Assembly (NCBI GenBank): GCA_039638295.1
Contig: JBDIWJ010000018.1
Coordinates: 1 to 28,490 of the forward strand
Source of the DNA: Candidatus Phoenicimicrobium oleiphilum
Lineage (GTDB): Bacteria > Atribacterota > Phoenicimicrobiia > Phoenicimicrobiales > Phoenicimicrobiaceae
DNA length: 28,490 bases
Direction: 5' to 3'
Part shown: positions 20,307 through 28,490 of the stretch, in pieces
Position numbering within the stretch: position 1 is the stretch's first letter
Layout of the letters: each line of letters begins with the position of its first letter
Position numbers and translations under genes: made by a program
Notes under the pieces: generated by a model
The model's input: only the letters and a program-made list of their open reading frames with translations
What the model was told of the DNA's origin: nothing
Databases searched by the model: none

Positions 20307-20335
20307 AGTATAATTGAAAAAAAAATAAAAGTCAA
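20307..20335 (-). promoter_or_regulatory. Sigma70/A promoter of the T-box/tRNA-Ala/leuS/ssb unit
   Basis: TTGACT-17 bp-TATACT just upstream of Stem I. Confidence 0.8.
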
Positions 20336-20529
20336 TACTAACTCGTATCTCATAAAGATGGTTAGCCGGATAACCTGTTTACCAGTTACCCAGTTGAGAA
20401 AATAGAATAAGAATAAATTCGTATATTGTATATCCACATTTCGTATATCTTATGTACAGTTGCCCGATTGACCAAATCTGTAAACTATAAACCGATAACT
20501 AAAAACCTGTATTAAAACTAACGACTAAT

Positions 20530-21408
20530 TTATTCAGTTAACGAGACCACTTCGATATCTATGAGACCTCCCTTGATTTCGATATCCAATTCCGCATCTC
20601 TCTTGCCGTATTCAGGATTGATATAAGTCTGCTCATCTATTTTTATGAAATTTTTAATATCCAATTTTTTAGTGGGAAAACATTTAATTATCATCTTTGT
20701 TCCCATAGTTGAAGGTATTTTTAAAGTAACTTTAGCCATACCTACTTCGATATTTACTTTAGATTTTTTAGCCAGGTTACCTGCAAAATCAAAGGTATAG
20801 CTTCCTGCGCCCCCAGTAAAATTCATTTCATCAAAATTTGCATTAGCCAGGCCAATTATTTTTACTGTAGAGGCGCCAGTCTTAATATTAATATTTTTCA
20901 AATCTACTAAATTCGGCTGATTAAATATAATGTTGGTTTGACTCGCCCCTGAATTGAGATAAAAATTCTCTATCCTTAAATTAGTTAAATCAATATTACC
21001 ATTATAGGTTGCACTATAAATATATAATTGCAAGGGGATATTAGAAGGTAATTTTAAATTCCATATATTTTTATAAGGCCAGGGCAAGGAAATATCCTTT
21101 TTAATACTTTGAGATAAATTTAAAACACCCATTTTTCCTAAAACTTCATAATTGATACGAGGTTTTAGAATACTATTTTCATATTGAAAATCACCTTCAA
21201 AAAAATCTTCTCCCCCGGAAATCAAGTCTAACCTTCCAGCTCCAAATTTTATTCCCACCTTTAACGAATCAATTTCTCCCAAAGGAATTACCTTATTTTC
21301 CCCAGTTACTTCATCTGCATTTGACTCATAAGCTATAACTGAAAAAATAAGGAAAGACAGGATTAATAAAATACATCTTCTTTTAGTTGGCGATTTCAAA
21401 TTAATCAC
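20530..21408 (-). CDS. Secreted beta-solenoid protein, DUF2154/toast-rack-like
   Basis: Signal-peptide-like N-terminus; repeated GAS/GAG strands, IDLTNL, GAGSYTFDF; family by motif resemblance only. Confidence 0.65.
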   Translation of the reverse strand: MINLKSPTKRRCILLILSFLIFSVIAYESNADEVTGENKVIPLGEIDSLKVGIKFGAGRLDLISGGEDFFEGDFQYENSILKPRINYEVLGKMGVLNLSQSIKKDISLPWPYKNIWNLKLPSNIPLQLYIYSATYNGNIDLTNLRIENFYLNSGASQTNIIFNQPNLVDLKNINIKTGASTVKIIGLANANFDEMNFTGGAGSYTFDFAGNLAKKSKVNIEVGMAKVTLKIPSTMGTKMIIKCFPTKKLDIKNFIKIDEQTYINPEYGKRDAELDIEIKGGLIDIEVVSLTE

Positions 21409-21574
21409 CCCGACTAAATTAATCAGCTATATTTTTACATGTTACACTTATAATAATATAGAGTATATCTTCAAATATTACAATATCTCCATTCGCCTTG
21501 CGTATTGCGTATCGAGTATCACGTAAAGAAAAAGAGCTAGAAAAAGAAGTAAAAATTTACACCAGCTTTTTTAT

Positions 21575-21617
21575 AAAATAAAGTGCAGGACAATTTACTT
21601 CGCCCTGCACTTATTTT
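21575..21617. terminator. Intrinsic terminator, possibly bidirectional
   Basis: AAGTGCAGG (21581-21589) pairs with CCTGCACTT (21604-21612); T-rich tails on both strands. Confidence 0.7.
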
Positions 21618-21666
21618 AAAATAAAGTATGTTTTATAATTCTTTTAGCAATATTACTATTTATATT

Positions 21667-21759
21667 CTATTCTTGTCCTCCAAAGTACCAAATTAAATAC
21701 ACTACCACAGCAATAATTGCTGCCCACCAATACCAAGCTAAACCTGATAACCATTCCAT
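21667..21759 (-). CDS. 30-aa Trp-rich single-TM microprotein MEWLSGLAWYWWAAIIAVVVYLIWYFGGQE
   Basis: AAGGAGGTG RBS, ATG 21759, TAG 21667, hydrophobic core; below the ORF-track size cut-off. Confidence 0.8.
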   Translation of the reverse strand: MEWLSGLAWYWWAAIIAVVVYLIWYFGGQE

Positions 21760-21830
21760 ATATTTTACACCTCCTTTTCTATTTATATTTTATCAGTTAA
21801 ACCTATATATTATTGGGTTTCATTTAATAT

Positions 21831-21857
21831 ATTCTACATTTAATTAAAAAATCCTTC
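21831..21857 (-). promoter_or_regulatory. SigH-like promoter upstream of the microprotein
   Basis: GAAGGATTT-11 bp-GTAGAAT matches the Firmicutes SigH consensus RNAGGAWWW-11/12-RNNGAAT. Confidence 0.5.
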
Positions 21858-21906
21858 TTTTTTTAAAAAATTTTTTAAAATATTTTCTCTTTTTATACAT
21901 TATTTA

Positions 21907-24003
21907 TTATTTGTCCTCTTCTACTTTCTTGGCTTGAGCAATTATCTCCTGGGCTATATTGGCAGGTACCTCTTCATAATGGGAAAATTTCACCGTAAAA
22001 GTTCCTCTACCCTGAGTAATTGACCTTAAATCGATAGCATATTTAAAAATCTCTGCTTGTGGGACTTTTGCCTTGATAACCTGTTTCCCGGTTGGTGATT
22101 CTTCCATCCCCATTATCCTTCCTCTTTTACTATTTAAATCACCAATTATATCTCCCATATACTCTTTTGGTACTATTACTTCGATATCCATTATAGGTTC
22201 TAATAAGACCGGATTAGCTTCAGTTGCACCTTTCTTAAAAGCAAGTGAACCAGCAACCTTAAAAGCCATTTCTGAAGAATCTACAGGATGGTAAGTACCA
22301 TCATAAAGTGTAGCTTTTACATCTATGGTTGGGTACCCTGCCAATACTCCTTTTCTCATTGCTTCTACTATCCCTTTTTCTACTGCAGGGCGATATTGAC
22401 GGGGAATCACTCCCCCTACTATCTTATCTACAAACTCGAACCCTTCTCCTCTTCCTTTAGGCTCAAATTCCACCCAACAATGTCCATATTGACCTCTTCC
22501 ACCAGATTGTTTTTTATATTTTCCTTCTGCTTTAACATTCTTTCGAATGGTTTCTTTATATCCTACTTTGGGAGTACTTTTTTCTACTTCTACCCCAAAC
22601 TTACTCTCCATTGTATCAATTATTACTTCTAAATGTGATTCTCCCATACCAGCCAATATGGTTTCTCCCGTATCTTCATCCCGATATACTTTAACTGTAG
22701 GGTCTTCATCAATTATTCTACTTATTGCGGTACTTAATTTGTCTTCATCTCCTTTAGTCTTAGGAGAAATCGCTAATAACATTATCGGTTCTGGATATAC
22801 TATCTTTTCAAATTCCACAGGATTATCCTCATCGCAGAGGGTATCCCCAGTGGTAGTACTTTTAAGTTTTGCTACAGCACCTATATCTCCAGCGCATATT
22901 TCAGGAACAGAATGTTGATTTTTGCCTTGCATTTTATAAATTTTGCCTACTTTATTATTAATACCCTTGGAAGAATTATATATATTCGAATCTTCAGTTA
23001 ATTTTCCAGAGTATACTCTAAAATAAGTTAAATTCCCCACATAGGGGTCTGCTACGGTCTTAAATACGAAAGAAGAAAAGGGAGCATCAACTGAATTTTC
23101 TATCATTTTTTCAGAAGAATTCTTCAAATTCTTGACTCTAACAGGTGGCATCTCTGCGGGAGAGGGGAAATATTCTACTATGAAATGAAGGAGAGGTTCT
23201 ATACCTAAATTCATAGTTGCTGAACCACACAGAATGGGAACAATCTTTCTCTCTTTTATCCCTTGTTTTAGACAAGAAGCAATTTCTTCATTAGTTAAAG
23301 TTTCTCCATCCAGGTATTTCATTAAAATTTCATCATCAAATTCAGCTATCACTTCTATTAATTCTTTTCGATAATCCTCCGCTTGAGCCGTTAAATCAGC
23401 AGGTATTTCTTGTTCTTTAAAAGTGGGTTTTTCTCCAGTTGTTTTTTTATATACTAAAGCCTTCATTTTTATTAAATCAATTACACCATTAAAATTTTCT
23501 TCTTTACCAATAGGTAATTGAACTGAAATAACTGATGAACCAAAAACCTTATTTAACATATCTTTTACCCGGTAAAAATCTGCTCTTTCTCGGTCCATTT
23601 TATTTATAAAAATTGCTCGAGGAAGTTTGTATTCATTGGCAAAATCCCATACTCTTTCAGTCTGTACCTCTACTCCTGATACCCCGCATACTACTACTAC
23701 AGCATTGTCTGTGACTCTTAAACTAGATTTGGTATCAGTAATAAAATCAAGATAACCTGGTGTATCTATAATATTAACTTTTTTATCCTTCCAGTCTAAA
23801 TAGGCTAATGAGGAATGAATAGTTATTCCTTTTTTTATTTCTCTGGGGTCATAATCAGTAGTAGTATTTCCTTGCTCTATGGTTCCTAATCTATTAATCA
23901 TCCCTGAATCGTAGAGCATTGCTTCAACCAGTGAAGTCTTACCAGAATCTCCGTGTCCCACAAGAGCAATATTTCTCATCTTACTTATGTCATACTTGGT
24001 CAT
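21907..24003 (-). CDS. fusA: Elongation factor G paralogue (EF-G-like, outside the str operon)
   Basis: GHGDSGKTS, KGITI, DTPGY, NKMDR, KQSGGRGQYG; divergent from canonical AHIDAGKTT/RGITI/DTPGH. Confidence 0.92.
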   Translation of the reverse strand: MTKYDISKMRNIALVGHGDSGKTSLVEAMLYDSGMINRLGTIEQGNTTTDYDPREIKKGITIHSSLAYLDWKDKKVNIIDTPGYLDFITDTKSSLRVTDNAVVVVCGVSGVEVQTERVWDFANEYKLPRAIFINKMDRERADFYRVKDMLNKVFGSSVISVQLPIGKEENFNGVIDLIKMKALVYKKTTGEKPTFKEQEIPADLTAQAEDYRKELIEVIAEFDDEILMKYLDGETLTNEEIASCLKQGIKERKIVPILCGSATMNLGIEPLLHFIVEYFPSPAEMPPVRVKNLKNSSEKMIENSVDAPFSSFVFKTVADPYVGNLTYFRVYSGKLTEDSNIYNSSKGINNKVGKIYKMQGKNQHSVPEICAGDIGAVAKLKSTTTGDTLCDEDNPVEFEKIVYPEPIMLLAISPKTKGDEDKLSTAISRIIDEDPTVKVYRDEDTGETILAGMGESHLEVIIDTMESKFGVEVEKSTPKVGYKETIRKNVKAEGKYKKQSGGRGQYGHCWVEFEPKGRGEGFEFVDKIVGGVIPRQYRPAVEKGIVEAMRKGVLAGYPTIDVKATLYDGTYHPVDSSEMAFKVAGSLAFKKGATEANPVLLEPIMDIEVIVPKEYMGDIIGDLNSKRGRIMGMEESPTGKQVIKAKVPQAEIFKYAIDLRSITQGRGTFTVKFSHYEEVPANIAQEIIAQAKKVEEDK

Positions 24004-24060
24004 GTAAACCTTTCCTCCTTATTATTTGGTCAAATTATTGATACTCAATTATTGATTTTA

Positions 24061-24089
24061 ATTCTATCAGATATATTTGAATATATCAA
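24061..24089 (-). promoter_or_regulatory. Sigma70/A promoter for the EF-G paralogue
   Basis: TTGATA-17 bp-TAGAAT with TGn extension. Confidence 0.6.
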
Positions 24090-24334
24090 AAAAATATCTT
24101 ATTAAATTAGTCGTTATTATTGCTATAGTATAGAGCATACAGCGTTTAGCATATAGGATAAATTAATAAACTAAAAAATTAAAACTAAAAGCGAAAAACC
24201 ATATATATTACAATATTAGCATATATTTTAAATTTTAAATTTTAAGCTATGGTTTTACGTTTTAAACTTTTCGTTTTTAGTTTTATTACTAAATATTATA
24301 ATTAAGGCTACCGAAGAAAAAAATTTTTATACGA

Positions 24335-25195
24335 TTAAATTATATTTCTTAATATTTCACCTGCATGATAGGAGCTACGCACTAAAGGGGCAGAGGCAAC
24401 ATATTTAAAGCCCAAAGATCTTCCTATCTTCCGATATTCTTCAAACTTCTCGGGATGAATATAATCTTGTACCTCCAAATGATGAGGGGAAGGCCTTAAA
24501 TACTGACCAATAGTCAAGACATCACAATTTACCTCCCGTAAATCTTTCATTGCCTGAACTACTTCTTCTTTTTCCTCACCCAAGCCAACCATAATTCCTG
24601 ACTTAGAAATAATATTCTTATTCCGAATTTTAACCTGTCTAAGCAACTCTAAAGAAATTTTATATGTGGCCTTGGGTCTTACTAATGGATATAGACGGGA
24701 AACAGTCTCAATATTGTGATTAATGACTTCTGGCTGAACATCTATTATTTTTTGAAGTGCTTCCCAAAAGCCATTAAAATCAGGTACCAACACTTCCACG
24801 GTACTTTCGGGAAGTAATCTTTTAATCTCTACAATAGCTTGAGCAAAGTGTCCTGCTCCTCCATCAAGTAAATCATCTCTGGTTACAGAGGTAATTACAA
24901 TATGTTTAAGATTCAAATGCTTAGCTGCTTGGGCGATATGATAAGGTTCTTCCGGGTCTAAAGGGAAAGGTACCCCTTTTTTAACTGCGCAAAATCTACA
25001 GTTTCGCGTGCAAATATTTCCCAATATCATAAAAGTAGCAGTTCCATTCTTATAACACTCACCTCGATTAGGACATAAAGCATTATCGCAAACGGTATGT
25101 AAATTTAAATCTTTTAATAATGAATCCATTCTGTCTAAAACTTTTTGGTCGGGTAGCTTTCTTCGTAACCAATAAAGATGGCCTTTTTTATTCAT
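24335..25195 (-). CDS. lipA: Lipoyl synthase
   Basis: CX4CX5C (CDNALCPNRGEC), CTRNCRFC, NHNIETV, RSSY. Confidence 0.97.
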   Translation of the reverse strand: MNKKGHLYWLRRKLPDQKVLDRMDSLLKDLNLHTVCDNALCPNRGECYKNGTATFMILGNICTRNCRFCAVKKGVPFPLDPEEPYHIAQAAKHLNLKHIVITSVTRDDLLDGGAGHFAQAIVEIKRLLPESTVEVLVPDFNGFWEALQKIIDVQPEVINHNIETVSRLYPLVRPKATYKISLELLRQVKIRNKNIISKSGIMVGLGEEKEEVVQAMKDLREVNCDVLTIGQYLRPSPHHLEVQDYIHPEKFEEYRKIGRSLGFKYVASAPLVRSSYHAGEILRNII

Positions 25196-25198
25196 ATT

Positions 25199-26023
25199 TT
25201 ATAGTCCTTTTAACAATTTTAAGTAGATATTTTTAATGTTTTTCATAGTTTCTTTTTCTTTGTTGTTCACACTTTTTCTAATTTCCATCATAAAAACTCC
25301 CTTGTATTCAATTTCCTTTAAAACACTGGTAAATTCCTGCCAATTTATATTCCCTTTAAAGGGTAAAAGATGCTCATCCTCCATCCCTGAATTATCATGG
25401 ATATGTAAATGATATAAATAATCTTTAATCTCAGGCAAACACTCCACAACCCCACAATAATTATAAATATTGGATGTTATATTGCAATGACCGGTATCCA
25501 GACAAATCCCTAAATTTTCTGAATCAAACTTTTTTACTATTTCTAAAATCTCCAAGATATTATCGCCAGTCTTCCCCGGTAAAGTATTTTCCAGAGCAAT
25601 TTTAATCCCCCAATGTTCGCAAAATTTCAATATCTCTGCCAAACTTTGTTCGCTCTTTTCTCGACGTTTCTTCCTTTCTTTTTCATCTTCTATTTTGCTT
25701 CCTGGGTGAACTACAATTATCTCCCCTTCAAGCCTTAAAAGGGCAAGAACTGTTTTTTCTACTTCTCTGATGGACCATACCCGATCATATTCCTCGATTA
25801 AAGATATATCCACCCCATTGGCAGGCATATGCATAGACACTACTTTTATTTTATTTCTTTTAAATTCCTTTGATATCTCATCCAGATATTTGGGGTCTTG
25901 ATAATCAAAATGTCCTTCTTTCGGTTTTACCTCAATATAATTTATTCCTTCCTCCTTAAGTAAAGGTAATTTTGATTTTAATTTATAATCTTCAAATAAA
26001 AATGAAGATAAACCTAATTCCAT
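25199..26023 (-). CDS. Sugar phosphate isomerase/epimerase (xylose isomerase-like TIM barrel)
   Basis: VVHPG, ALEN, CLDTGH, HIHDN..DEHL, E motifs. Confidence 0.85.
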   Translation of the reverse strand: MELGLSSFLFEDYKLKSKLPLLKEEGINYIEVKPKEGHFDYQDPKYLDEISKEFKRNKIKVVSMHMPANGVDISLIEEYDRVWSIREVEKTVLALLRLEGEIIVVHPGSKIEDEKERKKRREKSEQSLAEILKFCEHWGIKIALENTLPGKTGDNILEILEIVKKFDSENLGICLDTGHCNITSNIYNYCGVVECLPEIKDYLYHLHIHDNSGMEDEHLLPFKGNINWQEFTSVLKEIEYKGVFMMEIRKSVNNKEKETMKNIKNIYLKLLKGL

Positions 26024-26058
26024 TTCTTCTTTCTTATCCTTTCTATTATTCTTAACTC

Positions 26059-27051
26059 TTAGTAAGAAATTCCTTTTAGTTCTTCTATATATTTTTCAAC
26101 TGCAAAGGCAGCAGTAGCTCCCTCTCCACAGGCAGTAACAACCTGTCGCAAGATCTTTCTTCGCACATCTCCACAAGCATAAATGCCTTCTTGCGAAGTC
26201 ATCATATTATCATCAGTTATAATATATCCCATTTCATCTAATTTTATTACTCCTTCTAAAAAATTAGTATTAGGTAAATTCCCTACAAACAAAAAAACGC
26301 CCTGGCAGGAAATTTCTTTTTCTTCCCCTGTTTTTACGTTTTTAATTGATATTCCTTCTACTTTTTCTTTACCTACTATTCTGGTTACTACAGAATCCCA
26401 GACAAAATTTATTTTCTGATTAGAAAAAACTCTTTCTTGTAATATCTTAGTAGCTCTTAACCTATCCCTGCGGTGAATAATGGTAATTTCTCGAGCAAAT
26501 TTGGTCAAATACAGAGCCTCTTCTATTGCCGTGTCTCCTCCTCCAACTACTACTAACTTTTGATTTTGAAAAAAAGGGGCATCACAGGTAGCACAGTAAG
26601 AAACCCCCCTACCTCTTAACTTCTCTTCTCCCGGTACTCCTAATCTTTTAGCTTCTGCTCCTGAAGCTATGATAACTGTTAAGGCTTTATATTCCTGGCT
26701 ATCTGTTTTTACTATTTTTATTTTTTCTTTTTCATTTGCTTTTACCTTTTTCACTTCACCATATTCTATTTTTAAGCCAAATCGTTTAGCCTGTTCCTCC
26801 ATTTTTTGCATTAATTCGGGACCGCTTATTCCTTCAGGGAATCCGGGATAATTCTCTATAATTTCGGTAAGCACTGCCTGCCCTCCAGTCATAGCTTTCT
26901 CGATTAATAAAGTATTCATTCTTGCTCGACTAAGATAGATGCCCGCAGTTAAACCTGCAGGACCACCACCAATTATTATAGCATCATATATTTTCTCTCT
27001 TTTAATCTTTTCTTTATTATTTGCTTTTGGTTTAGTCAAAACTATCGACAT
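26059..27051 (-). CDS. trxB: Thioredoxin-disulfide reductase
   Basis: GGGPAGL, GVSYCATCD, GGGDTA, GIYACGD. Confidence 0.96.
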   Translation of the reverse strand: MSIVLTKPKANNKEKIKREKIYDAIIIGGGPAGLTAGIYLSRARMNTLLIEKAMTGGQAVLTEIIENYPGFPEGISGPELMQKMEEQAKRFGLKIEYGEVKKVKANEKEKIKIVKTDSQEYKALTVIIASGAEAKRLGVPGEEKLRGRGVSYCATCDAPFFQNQKLVVVGGGDTAIEEALYLTKFAREITIIHRRDRLRATKILQERVFSNQKINFVWDSVVTRIVGKEKVEGISIKNVKTGEEKEISCQGVFLFVGNLPNTNFLEGVIKLDEMGYIITDDNMMTSQEGIYACGDVRRKILRQVVTACGEGATAAFAVEKYIEELKGISY

Positions 27052-27271
27052 TACAGAATCACCTCCACAAAATTAAAGTATAGCGGGTAGCGTATAGTAT
27101 CTAGTTAGCCAGTTTGCCAGTAAGTTGTGTAATATGTAACGTGTAATAAGAAACCTGTTTTTGTAAATTCAGTATTGTGATCTTATTACTGATTACATAT
27201 CACTTATCACTGTATTTTATTCTGACTCCTGGCTCCTTTTCTTCGCGCAAGACGCTATATGCAATACGAAT

Positions 27272-28000
27272 TTATTTCTGTTTTATCTTTATTTCAATAT
27301 CCCCTTTGATAAAACCCTTCAAAGAAGATAAAAGTCCAATAATAGTATTTCTTACTAACTTAGATATAAAAGGATTCATTGAAATTGTTTTCCCATCAAC
27401 TTTTACCAAAGTTGATGGTTCTAAAGAAAAACAATTATCGGGAGTTTTATTTCCCTTAACAATTTCCTGAGCTAATCCATAACAATTCTGATGTCCGCAG
27501 GCACCGCAGTTTAAATTGGGTAACTTAAAAGATTTTTTGAGCACTATATCGGCTATCTTTTTTATATCTTCATCATCTGAAATATTAAAGTCGAAGATAT
27601 TTGAATTAACCTCCTTAGAAGCAAAACCAGCAGTACATATTTGTAAACCATCAAACAATTCATCCTTTTCCTCTTCTTTTCTTAAACATACAATCTTAGG
27701 AAAAGTCTTTTCTCTTTTAAAGCCCTCTACCAAGATAATATCAGCTTCCAGATATTTTATAATTTCTTCCAAATTCTTTTTGTTCTTTAAAAATATTACT
27801 GATCCTTCAGGAGTAACTGCTGCTACCTGAGTTAGAATTTTTTGGTACTTGGAAGTATCTGTATTAGGCTGTTCAATATTTTCACTAGTATGTTTTATTA
27901 CTGCTACTTTGTAACCTCTTTTTATTAATTCACCAGATAATTTTAAAATTAAAGTGGTTTTACCACTTTTTCTATAACCTATTATACCAATAGTTTGCAT
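27272..28000 (-). CDS. mobB: Molybdopterin-guanine dinucleotide biosynthesis protein B with C-terminal Fe-S domain
   Basis: GYRKSGKTT, VAVIKH, VEGFK, LPNLNCGACGHQNC. Start MQTIG at 28000 with AGGAG RBS. Confidence 0.88.
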   Translation of the reverse strand: MQTIGIIGYRKSGKTTLILKLSGELIKRGYKVAVIKHTSENIEQPNTDTSKYQKILTQVAAVTPEGSVIFLKNKKNLEEIIKYLEADIILVEGFKREKTFPKIVCLRKEEEKDELFDGLQICTAGFASKEVNSNIFDFNISDDEDIKKIADIVLKKSFKLPNLNCGACGHQNCYGLAQEIVKGNKTPDNCFSLEPSTLVKVDGKTISMNPFISKLVRNTIIGLLSSLKGFIKGDIEIKIKQK

Positions 28001-28266
28001 TATATTAAAACTCCTATTATACTTTATTATTTTACTTCCTTTCCAACTATGCAAATAGATATCAAAAAATATAAACAATAAATAGACTGGCGAGAAAACC
28101 AGTTAAAAATTTAACTGGATAACCGTTATTTCTTTTAATCTACTTCATAACCCGGGATTTGTTTATTTACAATTGCTATGTTATCATATAAATCACAAAA
28201 ATTTCAAATTGAATATTTTGGTGATTTCTTAAAAACCAAAAAACATTTTTAACAGATTATATATAT

Positions 28267-28289
28267 GGCACGATGCATCGTGCCCCTAC
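28267..28289. repeat. GTAG-type REP-like palindrome
   Basis: GGCACGATGCATCGTGCC-CCTAC, a perfect 18-bp palindrome matching the 1728 copy. Confidence 0.7.
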
Positions 28290-28490
28290 CTTCCCATTTT
28301 TTTACTTATTGGGTTACAATAATCATATTTTACTACCTGGATAATTTTTCTCTATTTTCCTGAAGCAAAAGGGGGCGGAAAGAAATAAAAGATCTGTTAG
28401 CTAAAAGTTAAAAGTGGACTATTTAAAAGTTAAAACTGGACTAAATTTAACTCAATATTTCTTTTGGTTACACCTTAAAAATTTACTATA

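Noticed and set aside
4268..27830. Antisense ORFs overlapping PBP1A, mutS2, cvpA, pheT, leuS, fusA, trxB and mobB
   Set aside because: Shadow frames of well-supported genes, with no RBS or motifs.
140..28490. CRISPR array
   Set aside because: No regularly spaced repeats with unique spacers, and no cas genes.

Overview
AT-rich bacterial chromosomal window, mostly translation housekeeping genes on the minus strand: tyrS, queT, mutS2, cvpA, pheT-pheS, rplT-rpmI-infC, thrS, a six-tRNA cluster, ssb, leuS, a secreted DUF2154-like protein, an EF-G paralogue, lipA, a TIM-barrel isomerase, trxB and mobB. A class A PBP is the only complete plus-strand gene. Three T-box riboswitches are visible (Phe, Thr, Leu). 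Gene style and T-boxes suggest a Firmicutes-like or Atribacterota-like anaerobe (inference only). The standout is a complete tRNA-Ala(GGC) gene inside the loop of Stem III of the leuS T-box, between Stem I/II and the antiterminator. Also notable: a tRNA operon running directly into the thrS T-box, a pheS T-box whose Stem I apex appears replaced by a REP-like hairpin, an unannotated 30-aa Trp-rich membrane microprotein with its own promoter and terminator, and spacers filled with degenerate 7-8-mer repeats and REP-like palindromes. No CRISPR array, transposase or prophage was seen.
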